The notes below the pieces were generated by a model that worked only from the letters and a program-made list of their open reading frames with translations, was not told where the DNA came from and ran no database searches. A program made the position numbers and the translations under genes. DNA of 62,436 nucleotides from a bacterium (GTDB taxonomy: Bacteria; Patescibacteriota; Minisyncoccia; Phycocordibacterales; UBA5272), in contig JAHFMZ010000001.1 in assembly GCA_023267555.1 (NCBI GenBank), positions 1 to 62,436 on the forward strand, in the 5' to 3' direction. Positions 32,124-42,108 of this stretch are shown here, in pieces. The stretch's first letter is position 1. The number at the start of each line of letters is the position of its first letter.

Positions 32124-33041
32124 ATGGCAACATTATATTCACATCAATCTTCAAACATTAGAAAAACTTGGTTTCTAATGACGGGATTTTTGGTTGGAGT
32201 TATTTTGCTGGGTTTTATTTTGGCTTATGTTTACGGAAATCCAAATATTTTATATTTTGCATTTTTTGTCAGCATATTTATGAATATTTCTGCGTATTGG
32301 TTTTCGGATAAAATAGTTCTTTCAATGGCACACGCAACAAGAGTAGAGTCAAAGAATGATTATCCAGATTTGTGGAATACAATGGAAAATCTTTGTATTA
32401 CAGCTGGGCTTCCAATGCCAAAGCTTTATGTTATTGATGATCCAGCACCAAACGCTTTTGCAACTGGACGAAATAAAAAACACGCAGTTGTTGCAGTGAC
32501 CACTGGGCTTTTACCACTTCTCACAAAATCGGAATTAGAAGGTGTACTCGCACACGAACTTTCTCATATTGGAAATAGAGATATGCTTGTGCAAACTGTG
32601 ATTGTAGTGTTTGTTGGGTTGATTACGCTTGTGGCAAATATTGCTTTACGTGCATCTATTTTTGGTGGACGAGATGATGATAGTAAAAACCCACTTCTTT
32701 TAATATTGGGTGTGGTAGCAATTATTTTGGCACCACTTGCTGCAACTATTATCAAACTTGCGATTTCTCGTGATAGAGAATTCTTGGCAGATGCAACTGG
32801 TGCACTCATCACTCGTTATCCAGAAGGGTTGGCTTCGGCGTTACAAAAGATTAGTAATTTTCATCAACCAATGCGTGTACAAAATAATGCTATTGCTCAT
32901 TTATTTATTTCTGATCCAACGGGGGTGAATGATGAATCAGAATTGCGTGAACACGAAAAAGTTTCTTGGATTGCAAAGTTGTTTATGACACATCCACCTA
33001 TTGCAGAGCGCATCGAAGCTCTTATTGGAAAGAATAATTAA
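32124..33041 (+). CDS. htpX: M48 zinc metalloprotease HtpX
   Basis: PNAFATG, AHELSH, REFLAD, THPP. Confidence 0.93.
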   Translation: MATLYSHQSSNIRKTWFLMTGFLVGVILLGFILAYVYGNPNILYFAFFVSIFMNISAYWFSDKIVLSMAHATRVESKNDYPDLWNTMENLCITAGLPMPKLYVIDDPAPNAFATGRNKKHAVVAVTTGLLPLLTKSELEGVLAHELSHIGNRDMLVQTVIVVFVGLITLVANIALRASIFGGRDDDSKNPLLLILGVVAIILAPLAATIIKLAISRDREFLADATGALITRYPEGLASALQKISNFHQPMRVQNNAIAHLFISDPTGVNDESELREHEKVSWIAKLFMTHPPIAERIEALIGKNN

Positions 33042-33074
33042 AAATTCTTTGTGATAGAATAGAACGGAAAATAT

Positions 33075-33161
33075 GGAGACGTCGCATAGCGGCCTAGTGC
33101 ACTACCTTGGAAAGGTAGCAACGGGGTAACTCGTTCGAGAGTTCGAATCTCTCCGTCTCCG
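33075..33161 (+). tRNA. tRNA-Ser(GGA)
   Basis: CTACC-TTGGAAA-GGTAG; long variable arm; G73. Confidence 0.95.
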
Positions 33162-33298
33162 CAAAATAATGAGCTTGTGAATATATTTTGCGAGACGGAG
33201 AAAGCCAACTGCTTGGCTTTCGTAGAGATTCGAATACGGGTCGGAAAATCATCTGCGACGAAGGAGCTGATTTTGTGACCGAATCTCTCCGTCTCCGC
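33162..33298 (+). mobile_element. Family B tRNA-3'-end element on tRNA-Ser(GGA)
   Basis: Differs from 57426-57562 at only 2 positions; ends in direct repeat GAATCTCTCCGTCTCCGC. Confidence 0.8.
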
Positions 33299-33346
33299 AA
33301 TGTTTTTAGTATTAGAAGGATTGGATGATATAATAGTTTGAATATT

Positions 33347-34039
33347 ATGTTGTTTATATTCAATGTGTTTGTAACAGCAATACTTTTTGGTGTTGGACTC
33401 TATTTTACAGAGAGGCCTAAAAATAGGTGGTTTTATCGTTGGGGTAAAAACCGTGCGATTGTTATTATTTCAATTATTGTAGCTATTACGTCAGTTTCTG
33501 TTAATGTTGTGTCTAAAAGTATTGAGAAGCCTTTAAGCAGGCCTAGTATTATAATTCAAACATTGAAAGAGAAAAATGAAATTGAAATATTAATTAAAAC
33601 AAAAGGATTAGTAGATAGAATTTCATTAAAATATCCTATATTGGGTAATATTACTGACTTCCAAGATTTAAATGATGTTACAGATGCTTCTACTATTTTA
33701 GCAAAGGCAGTTGGTGGTGTAACACAAAATGATGTATTGAATAATTTTCAAATGATCATCACCGACATAAAACCAGATGTTGTATTGCATTATAAATTTT
33801 TTTATAGACCCTCATTTGAGGGTATCGAAATTGCTGGGACTGATAGATATGAACTTGTATATGCATGGGAATATTATGGTGATAAAATTCAGGAGACGGA
33901 ATGGCGGACAATCAAAGGCGACAATTCGACGGTTAAACCTAATGTAGAAATTAAGGGATTTAAAATTTTTAATAAGGCTCTAACACCAGAAGAAGTAAAG
34001 AAGTTGTATGAAGACGGCATATCTCAGATAAAGTTTTAG
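33347..34039 (+). CDS. Hypothetical membrane protein (2 N-terminal TMs)
   Basis: ORF directly downstream of the tRNA element; no family recognised. Confidence 0.65.
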   Translation: MLFIFNVFVTAILFGVGLYFTERPKNRWFYRWGKNRAIVIISIIVAITSVSVNVVSKSIEKPLSRPSIIIQTLKEKNEIEILIKTKGLVDRISLKYPILGNITDFQDLNDVTDASTILAKAVGGVTQNDVLNNFQMIITDIKPDVVLHYKFFYRPSFEGIEIAGTDRYELVYAWEYYGDKIQETEWRTIKGDNSTVKPNVEIKGFKIFNKALTPEEVKKLYEDGISQIKF

Positions 34040-34065
34040 AGCACCAAATGTGTTAGTATTTGTTT

Positions 34066-34536
34066 ATGAAAATCGCAATCCTAGATAACCTTCGTTCGGT
34101 TTATAATGTTGGTTCTATTTTTCGTACGGCAAATGCGGCGGGAATAGATAAGATTTATTTATGTGGCACCACTCCAACTCCGCTAGATAAAAGAGGTCAA
34201 AGGAGAAAAGATTTTTCAAAAGTGGCACTAGGCGCAGAGGACACAGTTAAATGGGAATATTTTGAAAGTACATCTGAATGTGTAAAGAAAATAAAAGAAG
34301 AAAAATATTTTGTATTAGCTTTGGAACAAGATAAAGACTCAGTAGATTATAAAGATATAGATATTTCCGAAAAAGAAAATGTGGCTTTTATAATTGGCAA
34401 TGAGGTCGATGGTATAACCAAAGATGTTTTGGAATTGTCAGATAAGATTGTAGAAATTTCAATGGTTGGAACTAAAGAATCACTAAATGTAACGATTGCG
34501 TTTGGAATAGCGGTATATCGTATACTGGATGTATGA
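34066..34536 (+). CDS. TrmH/SpoU-family RNA methyltransferase
   Basis: NVGSIFRTA, GNEVDG, ESLNV. Confidence 0.92.
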   Translation: MKIAILDNLRSVYNVGSIFRTANAAGIDKIYLCGTTPTPLDKRGQRRKDFSKVALGAEDTVKWEYFESTSECVKKIKEEKYFVLALEQDKDSVDYKDIDISEKENVAFIIGNEVDGITKDVLELSDKIVEISMVGTKESLNVTIAFGIAVYRILDV

Positions 34537-35081
34537 AATTGATTCATCCGTATTGTAAATATGTTGCAAATTTGATTGATAAAAATGATATAGATAAAAT
34601 TTATCACGATACTCGCTATGGCAGAAGAATAAAAGATGATAATGAATTATTTGGCATTCTTTTGATGGAAATAAATCAAGCGGGACTTTCTTGGCAAATA
34701 ATTTTGAAAAAAGAAAAAGGATTTAGAAGAGCTTACAATAATTTTGATATTAAAAAGGTTGCAAAGTATAAAAAGAAAGATTTTACACGATTGATGAATG
34801 ATTCTGGGATAATTAGAAATAAATTAAAAATAAATGCAGCTATTTATAATGCGCAAAAGATTTTAGAATTGCAAAAAGAATATGGAAGTTTTAGAAAATG
34901 GTTGGATATAAAAAGTAAAGAAATAGAACAAGATAAAAATAAATGGATTAAGGAATTCAAAAAACTTTTTAAATTTATGGGTATTGAAATAGTCGGTGAG
35001 TTTTTGATGGGTATAAATATGTTGGATGGGGCGCACGATAAGCACTGTTTTGTCTATAAAAAAATTTTGAGAATGAAATAA
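34533..35081 (+). CDS. tag: DNA-3-methyladenine glycosylase I
   Basis: YHD..YG, EINQAGLSW, GIIRNKLKI, H...C. Confidence 0.92.
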   Translation: MKLIHPYCKYVANLIDKNDIDKIYHDTRYGRRIKDDNELFGILLMEINQAGLSWQIILKKEKGFRRAYNNFDIKKVAKYKKKDFTRLMNDSGIIRNKLKINAAIYNAQKILELQKEYGSFRKWLDIKSKEIEQDKNKWIKEFKKLFKFMGIEIVGEFLMGINMLDGAHDKHCFVYKKILRMK

Positions 35082-35106
35082 ATTTTTATGATAGAATATA
35101 CAAACT

Positions 35107-37119
35107 ATGAAAATGAAAACACTACCGCTCACACAAAAAGATTTTAACTGGGTGAAAATGACACCGACAATAATGAAGAAAACATCTGAAGCTTATCTTT
35201 TACACAAGAAAAAAGCTTATGCAGAAATTAAAAATATTCTGCCTGAAAATAGAACATATTTAAATACTTTATATGCATTAGAAAGATGTGATGATTCCTT
35301 TGAAAGTTTTTTTAGCAAAATGGGATTGCTTGGAGAGGTTTCTCCAAAAAAAGAAATACGTGAAGCAGCACACAAAACTGCTATGGAAACTTCAGAGAAA
35401 TTGGTGGATATTGAGTATGATAGAGATTTGTTTATCGCTCTTTGTGAATATTATGAAGGAAATTTTCGTGACGAAAAGAAATCACTTCGCAAAGAAGATA
35501 TAAAATTGTTGGAAGAAACACTTCGTGAATATCGTCGTATGGGATTTGATTTGCCAACTGAGAAGCAAAAGAAATTGAAACAATTAATGAAGAAAACATC
35601 AAAATTGTCGATTATGTTTCGCCAAAATATAAATGATTATCAGGATTATATTCTCTGTACTAAAGAAGAATTATCTGGGTTATCTGAAAGATATATTTCC
35701 ACTTTACCAAAGCATACGGATGATAGATATATTATTTCGCTTCAATATCCGCATATTATGCCGTTTATGGCAGAGGCTGAAAATAGAGAAAAAAGAAAAG
35801 CTTTAGCTGAAAAAAATTTAAAGAAAGGTGGAATTAAAAATCTTAAAATTATTGAAGAGTTGGTAAAAACGCGTCACGAAATTGCCACAATTCTCGGTTA
35901 TAAACATCACGCAGATTTTAGAACAGAAAATCGTATGGCAAAAAATGCAAAGACAGTAGAAGATTTCCAAAATTCACTTTTGAAAACTCTAGCGCCACTC
36001 GCCAAAAAAGAAATGGAAATATTACGTAATCACGCCAAGTCTCTCGGTATCAAGAAATTGGAACATTACGATATTGGTTATACAGCAACAAATTTAAAAA
36101 AGAAATTATACGACATTGATCCAGAAACAATACGGGCATATTTCCCGTTAGAAAATGTAAGGAAAGAATTATTTACTCTCTGTGAAAAATTATTTTCTAT
36201 TTCCATTAAAGAGTTTCCACTTTCTCTTTGGCATAAAGATGTAAAGAGTTATCAAGTTAATGATAAAGATGGAACATTGATTGGATATTTCGCAATGGAT
36301 TTATTTCCGCGTGAAGGAAAATATGGGCACGCGTGTATGGTTGATGTCATAGTCTCTCACGAACATAGTTATAAGAGTGAAGAATATATAGCATCACTTT
36401 CAACGATGATATGTAATTTCTCAACGCCGACAAAACAAAAAGGAAAATTACTTCCATCTTTGCTTTCATTGGGAGAAGTAGAAACTATTTTTCACGAATT
36501 TGGGCATCTTCTTCATATGACACTTTCACGTGCACGACTACAATCGCAAGCTGGAGCAAATGTGGCGTGGGATTTTGTAGAAACACCTTCACAGATTATG
36601 GAAAATTGGGTTTGGAATGAAGAAGTGCTAACAAAAATTTCTAAGCATTATGAAACTGGAAAGCATATGCCAAAAGATATGGTTGGACGTGTGATAAAAG
36701 GAAAGAAATTTCAAAGTGCGTATTTTTACACAGGACAGCTTATTCAAGGAAAATTAGATTTGGATTTGCATACAGGAAAAGTAAAAGATGCACGAGTTGC
36801 TCACAGAAAAATGAATAAAGTTTATTTCAACATTGATCTTCCAGAAAAAGAAACTTTGTTTCCTGCAGGATTTGGGCATCTCGTTGGATACGATGCAGGA
36901 TATTATTCTTATCTTTGGGCTTTAGTTTACGCTTGTGATGCCTTTGGTGATTTTCAAAAGAAAGGAAATAAAAATGTGATGACAAATAGCGAAGTTGGAA
37001 TGAAGTGGCGCAGGGAAGTTTTGGAAAAAGGAAGTAGTGAAGATGAGATGAAATTGGTAAAGAATTTTCTAGGGCGCACTCCGAATCAAAAAGCTTTTTT
37101 GAAAGAAATTGGTATTTAA
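35107..37119 (+). CDS. M3 family (thimet/oligopeptidase A-like) metallopeptidase
   Basis: DLFPREGK, FHEFGH, DFVETPSQ, GYYSYLWA. Confidence 0.93.
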   Translation: MKMKTLPLTQKDFNWVKMTPTIMKKTSEAYLLHKKKAYAEIKNILPENRTYLNTLYALERCDDSFESFFSKMGLLGEVSPKKEIREAAHKTAMETSEKLVDIEYDRDLFIALCEYYEGNFRDEKKSLRKEDIKLLEETLREYRRMGFDLPTEKQKKLKQLMKKTSKLSIMFRQNINDYQDYILCTKEELSGLSERYISTLPKHTDDRYIISLQYPHIMPFMAEAENREKRKALAEKNLKKGGIKNLKIIEELVKTRHEIATILGYKHHADFRTENRMAKNAKTVEDFQNSLLKTLAPLAKKEMEILRNHAKSLGIKKLEHYDIGYTATNLKKKLYDIDPETIRAYFPLENVRKELFTLCEKLFSISIKEFPLSLWHKDVKSYQVNDKDGTLIGYFAMDLFPREGKYGHACMVDVIVSHEHSYKSEEYIASLSTMICNFSTPTKQKGKLLPSLLSLGEVETIFHEFGHLLHMTLSRARLQSQAGANVAWDFVETPSQIMENWVWNEEVLTKISKHYETGKHMPKDMVGRVIKGKKFQSAYFYTGQLIQGKLDLDLHTGKVKDARVAHRKMNKVYFNIDLPEKETLFPAGFGHLVGYDAGYYSYLWALVYACDAFGDFQKKGNKNVMTNSEVGMKWRREVLEKGSSEDEMKLVKNFLGRTPNQKAFLKEIGI

Positions 37120-37199
37120 TTTTTTAAGTTTTTTGTTTTTGCATAACGACATTTAAGGTGTTAGTATTTGTTTATTAGATGTTCTTTTGGGAGGTTCAA

Positions 37200-37373
37200 A
37201 TGAGTCTTTTAGATTTTTTCCAGTGGCTAGTTGCCTTAAATCCTATTTTTTTGATTTTAGCATTAGTTACTAATGGTAGGACAAGAGTCTTTTTTGCCAA
37301 GATTTGGGGTATTGTTTTTCTTCTGGGTATTGCTGCTATTATTCTTTTGGTCAAAAGCGGACAGCTCTCTTAG
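37200..37373 (+). CDS. Small orphan membrane protein, SD-led
   Basis: GGAGGT upstream of ATG 37200; two hydrophobic segments. Confidence 0.6.
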   Translation: MSLLDFFQWLVALNPIFLILALVTNGRTRVFFAKIWGIVFLLGIAAIILLVKSGQLS

Positions 37374-37399
37374 AAAATAAATTGCTCAGGAGTATCATA

Positions 37400-37759
37400 A
37401 TGAAAGCCTTTATAAGAAGTAATCGTAATGGCAAACCTTATATATTTTTGGCAGATATAGGAGAGGGTGCCAGCAAGGGAATTATCAAGAGATTACCCAT
37501 AGGGGAAGTAAAAATAGAAGTAGATTTTTCTCTAGTGCGTAAAACTCTTGCGAGTGGACCTGTCGCAAAAAAATTTTCTGTTACAAGTATAGAGGAGGTC
37601 CGTATCGAACAGCAGAATCATTTAAAAAAGATAGCAGCTTTAGAGACTTTTATCAAAGAGCTGGAGGCTGCTCCCGTTTTGAAATCCTCTAAATCACTTC
37701 AAAAAATTCTCGAAGAAAAAAGAAGGCAGCTTAATTGTTTGAGGTCTGGTCAACTATGA
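37400..37759 (+). CDS. Orphan protein, SD-led
   Basis: AGGAG upstream of ATG 37400. Confidence 0.6.
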   Translation: MKAFIRSNRNGKPYIFLADIGEGASKGIIKRLPIGEVKIEVDFSLVRKTLASGPVAKKFSVTSIEEVRIEQQNHLKKIAALETFIKELEAAPVLKSSKSLQKILEEKRRQLNCLRSGQL

Positions 37760-37956
37760 AAAAATATTTTGTTTTTTATTTCCGCGTTTGATGCTTCGTT
37801 GTGTCGGCGCGGTTTCATTTTTGAAATAGTTCACATAAAAATTATTTGACTCTCTTCCAAAAAGTGTGCTGTTGTGCTATAATGTAACAATCTTAGGGAA
37901 AGTGGCGTGTCGCCACAGTCGACACGCCACTTTCATATTTTATTAAAGACATCAAT

Positions 37957-39741
37957 ATGCAACAAGAAATTCGTAATATCGCTATTATAGCTCACGTTGA
38001 CCACGGGAAGACAACGCTTACAGACGCACTTATGCAACAGTGCGGTGTTGGTGTTGCTGGACAAACTATGGATTCTAATCCGATGGAAAAAGAACGAGGT
38101 ATTACAATTACAGCGAAGAATACTTCTGTGCCATATAAAGGTGTGAAAATAAATATTCTAGATACTCCTGGTCACGCAGATTTTGGTTCTGAAGTAGAAC
38201 GTGTACTTCGTTCTATCGACTCTGTTTTACTTGTGGTTGATGCTCAAGAAGGTCCAATGCCACAAACTCGTTTCGTTTTGAAAAAGTCTCTTGAGCTAGG
38301 ACTTAGACCTATTGTGGTTATAAATAAAATTGATAAACCAGCGAGTGATGCCAAGCGTGTACACGACGAAGTGTTTGAACTTTTTATGGAACTTGGAGCC
38401 AATGATGCACAACTAGACTTCACAACTGTGTATGCAATTGGGCGTGAAGGTGTGGCAATGAAAAATCTCGATGATGAAAGAAAAGATTTGACCCCGCTAC
38501 TTGAAGTTATACTCTCAAAAGTACCAAAGGCAACGGGAGATATAAATAATCCATTTGTCGCGCAAGTTTTCAATCTCGCATATGATAATTTTCTAGGACG
38601 TATGGCTATTTGTCGTATTTATGATGGAGTCGCAAAAGTTGGTGAAGAAATTATCGTGAAGAAGCCAACCGGAGAAATACGAAAAGGAAAGATTACAAAG
38701 ATGTTTACATTTAATGGTATTACAAGAATTGATGCACAAACGGCCGAGGCTGGAGACATTGTGATGATTGCAGGATTTGCCGATATTTTTATTGGTGAAA
38801 CATTTGTGAAGAATGAAATGGAAGATGCACTTCCAGCAATTCATATTGATGAACCAACTATTGCACTTAATTTTTTGGTTAATGATAGTCCATTTGCTGG
38901 GAAGGAGGGCAAATTTGTGACTGGTCGTCAGATTCGTGATCGTTTGGAAAAGGAACTCGAAGTAAATGTTGGATTAAAAGTAGATTTTGAAATGGATAAG
39001 TTTTTGGTTTATGGTCGTGGTGAACTTCACATCGCTGTACTTCTAGAAACTATGCGTCGTGAAGGATATGAACTTCAAGTATCACAACCGCAAGTTATTT
39101 TTCACGAGAAAGACGGTGTGAAAGAAGAACCGTATGAAGAACTTGTTATCGATGTTCCTGTTGAATCATCTGGTATTGTAATGGAAAAGCTTGGACGTCG
39201 TAAGGCAATTATTTCTGATATGTCGGAAAAGCACGGAGTGAATCGTATCAAAGCCACAATTCCAACTCGAGGACTTCTTGGTTATCGTGGGGAATTTGTT
39301 ATTGATACAAAAGGTTTGGGTATTTTGTCTGCTCGCTTTTTAAAATTTGGTCCATACGCGGGTACTATTACTCGTCGTCTTGTGGGTTCTATGACATCTA
39401 TGACTGGAGGCAAGTCGTTGGCCTTCTCACTTTGGAATCTTCAAGATAGAGGTGTTATCTATATTCTTCCAACAACAGAAGTTTACGAAGGTATGGTTAT
39501 TGGAAACACTTCAAAAGGGGAAGAAATGATGGTGAATCCAACAAAAGGTAAGCAACTTTCAAATATGCGTTCATCTGGTGCTGACGAAGCCATTGTGCTT
39601 GTTCCTGCTTGGGAAATTACTATTGAACGTGGTCTTGAAATTATGAATGCTGATGAATATTTGGAAGTAACACCAAAGTCTGTGCGTTTACGAAAGCAAT
39701 TACTAACTGAATCTGATCGCGCCAAAGCAAATCGTAAATAA
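37957..39741 (+). CDS. typA: Translational GTPase TypA/BipA
   Basis: IAHVDHGKTT, DTPGHADF, GRGELH, EVTPKSVRLRK. Confidence 0.96.
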   Translation: MQQEIRNIAIIAHVDHGKTTLTDALMQQCGVGVAGQTMDSNPMEKERGITITAKNTSVPYKGVKINILDTPGHADFGSEVERVLRSIDSVLLVVDAQEGPMPQTRFVLKKSLELGLRPIVVINKIDKPASDAKRVHDEVFELFMELGANDAQLDFTTVYAIGREGVAMKNLDDERKDLTPLLEVILSKVPKATGDINNPFVAQVFNLAYDNFLGRMAICRIYDGVAKVGEEIIVKKPTGEIRKGKITKMFTFNGITRIDAQTAEAGDIVMIAGFADIFIGETFVKNEMEDALPAIHIDEPTIALNFLVNDSPFAGKEGKFVTGRQIRDRLEKELEVNVGLKVDFEMDKFLVYGRGELHIAVLLETMRREGYELQVSQPQVIFHEKDGVKEEPYEELVIDVPVESSGIVMEKLGRRKAIISDMSEKHGVNRIKATIPTRGLLGYRGEFVIDTKGLGILSARFLKFGPYAGTITRRLVGSMTSMTGGKSLAFSLWNLQDRGVIYILPTTEVYEGMVIGNTSKGEEMMVNPTKGKQLSNMRSSGADEAIVLVPAWEITIERGLEIMNADEYLEVTPKSVRLRKQLLTESDRAKANRK

Positions 39742-39813
39742 ATTGAATCATCTACTTTGTCTCATAGCTGAAACAATTTCTGACTTTTTGGGGTGTATAA
39801 TGTATTTATATTT

Positions 39814-40329
39814 ATGAAAAAAATAAGACTCTCTGTAAAAGAAAAAAAGATAACTCGTGGGGTAATTATCTTTTTCGCTATAGTTTTAGTTCTATATGGA
39901 TATCGTTGTATCTCTGAAAAAGTTTGTGAAGTAGACACAATAAATAAATTTGTTCGTCACGACATCACAATTACTATGCCAAATGGTGCGCTTGTAGCTG
40001 AAGTGGCAGACACCAAAAGTTCTCGTGAGCTTGGATTATCTGGACGTAAAAGTATGCGAGCAAACGAAGGTATGTTGTTTGTGTTTGATGCACCTGGACG
40101 ATATGGTTTTTGGATGAAAGATATGAATTTCCCATTAGATATTCTTTGGATAAATCAAAATGGTTATGTGGTGAGTATTGAATCAGATTTTACTCCAGAG
40201 TCGTATTATCAAAAACCTCCGAAGACAGCTATCAATGGTCCAGAAGCAAGTTATGTTCTTGAAATGAATGCTGGACGCGCCGAAGAGTATGGATTATTTC
40301 TAGGTTCTAGAATTATTATTTCGCAATAA
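39814..40329 (+). CDS. DUF192 family protein
   Basis: EVADT...GLSGR...GMLFVF...FWMKDM.FPLDI...YVLEMNAG. Confidence 0.9.
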   Translation: MKKIRLSVKEKKITRGVIIFFAIVLVLYGYRCISEKVCEVDTINKFVRHDITITMPNGALVAEVADTKSSRELGLSGRKSMRANEGMLFVFDAPGRYGFWMKDMNFPLDILWINQNGYVVSIESDFTPESYYQKPPKTAINGPEASYVLEMNAGRAEEYGLFLGSRIIISQ

Positions 40330-40339
40330 ATGCAAAAAA

Positions 40340-40368
40340 GAAAAACGACTCCTTGCGGAGTCGTTTTT
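40340..40368. terminator. Bidirectional intrinsic terminator
   Basis: AAAAACGACTCC-TTGC-GGAGTCGTTTTT between convergent DUF192 gene and rnpB. Confidence 0.75.
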
Positions 40369-40378
40369 CATCTTTTTT

Positions 40379-40730
40379 GTTCTACCTATAAGCCGAATTC
40401 TGTCTTTGTGCTTACGCACAATGTGTAATCATGTATCTGGGATGATTGTTACCAATCACCTCTAGCGACACTCCCGTATTACTACGGGCACGATCTTGCA
40501 CACACGTAAGGATTTAGCCGTTTCAATTATGTGTTACCACATACATCATCCGTATAAAATTTCTTTTGTACGGAACCTCCAGCTTTCGCTTCGGGCGTCT
40601 CTGCTCGCACCTCTATGATTGCTCACGATGGGAATTACCCACTACGCTTGTTAATCAAATAACTGTGTGTTCGGACTTTCCTCTCTCAATATTAGTATTT
40701 CAAATATGAAGAGCGATTACCTAGTAGAAC
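40379..40730 (-). ncRNA. rnpB: RNase P RNA
   Basis: Minus strand GAGGAAAGTCC and ACAGAATTCGGCTTA; P1 GTTCTAC/GTAGAAC. Confidence 0.95.
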
Positions 40731-40831
40731 AAAAAAATAATACAATAAATTAACAAAAAAAGCAAGTGGTATATATGATAGATATTTTATTTCGTGCATA
40801 TATAAGCTTTTTTTGTTAGTATTAAAAGAAT

Positions 40832-42106
40832 ATGATTTTCAGAAATTCTTTTCTTTTGGCTATTTTCAGCATACTTTCTGTCCTCTTAGGAATCTTACGA
40901 GACAGACTACTTGCGACTCACGTTGGAGTGGGTCCGATTCTAGATATTTATAATGCCGCATTTAGATTGCCAGACTTTTTATATGCTATGTCACTTGCTT
41001 TCGTTACAGCAGCGACAGTTGTGCCATTTTTAACAGTCGAAAACAAATCAGGAAATATTGTAGATTCACGCCACAAACTTTCGTCCATCTCACTCTTCTT
41101 TGCCGGAGTCGCTTCTCTCGTCGGTTTGGTTATTGCTGTTACCATTCCACTTTATGCGAATTTAATTGTTCCTGGATTTACTCCTGATCAATTAGTGACA
41201 TTTATTAGTGTCACTAGAATATTAATGATTCAACCAATTTTACTCGGAATCACTTCTCTTATTTCTTGTTTTGCTCAAATGAGAAATCATTTTGTACTTT
41301 ACGGTATTGCTCCGTTAGGATATTCACTTGGAATTATTTTTGGAATTATTAAATTATTTCCAATTTATGGTGTTCACGGCCTTATTTATGGTGTGATTAT
41401 CGGTGCCATAATTTCTTTGATAATTCAAACGTGGACATTGAGGGGCACAAAAATATTGGACGTGTTACCGTATTTTTCTTGGAAACACGTGAAAGAATTA
41501 TTTAGATTATCCTTCCCGAGAACAGGTGTAAATATTCTTACACAATTACGTACAATATTTTTTACAGCGTTTGCCACCACTCTTGGGCCAGGTGTGCTTT
41601 CAAGTTATTTATTCGCTCAAAGAATTACTGATGCTGTGACGCAGATTATTCAACAAAGTGTTACCACAGCGAGTCTACCAGTTCTCTCTAAAGAATTTGT
41701 TGATAAAAATATAAAACAATATAAATATGTAGTAAAAAAGTACGTTCTAATTCTTGGTCTTATAGGTTTGTTTGCCTCTGTTACAATTTACTTTTTGCAA
41801 GACATTGTTATTGGTATTTTGTATGGCAATAGTTCGGCCAATTCATTGATAGCCTTTTTCTTGTTTGGGTTTTTAATTTCATTACCATTACAAATGATGA
41901 TAGGATATATTTCTATTAGTTTATATTCTGCTAAAGATACAAAAAATGTTTTTTATTCTAATTTTATTTCAACTGTCGTAGCCGTAATAGTTTGCTATGT
42001 TAATTTCCCTTTAGGAAATATAAGCTTGGTTTATGGTATTGTTTCAATGACAGTAATCAATTTTCTATCCATAGCACTTTTATATAATCGAAAAAAATTA
42101 AATTAA
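40832..42106 (+). CDS. murJ: Lipid II flippase MurJ/MviN
   Basis: LGILRD, YNAAFRLPD; multiple TMs. Confidence 0.85.
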   Translation: MIFRNSFLLAIFSILSVLLGILRDRLLATHVGVGPILDIYNAAFRLPDFLYAMSLAFVTAATVVPFLTVENKSGNIVDSRHKLSSISLFFAGVASLVGLVIAVTIPLYANLIVPGFTPDQLVTFISVTRILMIQPILLGITSLISCFAQMRNHFVLYGIAPLGYSLGIIFGIIKLFPIYGVHGLIYGVIIGAIISLIIQTWTLRGTKILDVLPYFSWKHVKELFRLSFPRTGVNILTQLRTIFFTAFATTLGPGVLSSYLFAQRITDAVTQIIQQSVTTASLPVLSKEFVDKNIKQYKYVVKKYVLILGLIGLFASVTIYFLQDIVIGILYGNSSANSLIAFFLFGFLISLPLQMMIGYISISLYSAKDTKNVFYSNFISTVVAVIVCYVNFPLGNISLVYGIVSMTVINFLSIALLYNRKKLN

Positions 42107-42108
42107 AT

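Noticed and set aside
33094..33363. Similar-looking ORFs at 33094-33363, 57244-57516 and 57374-57625 (apparent paralogous proteins)
   Set aside because: They are antisense translations of tRNA-Ser plus the family B repeat; the similarity comes from the nucleotide repeat
33298..37800. Genomic island or prophage integrated at tRNA-Ser(GGA)
   Set aside because: The 3'-end repeat is only ~120 nt from the tRNA, and no integrase, phage gene or distal att repeat was seen
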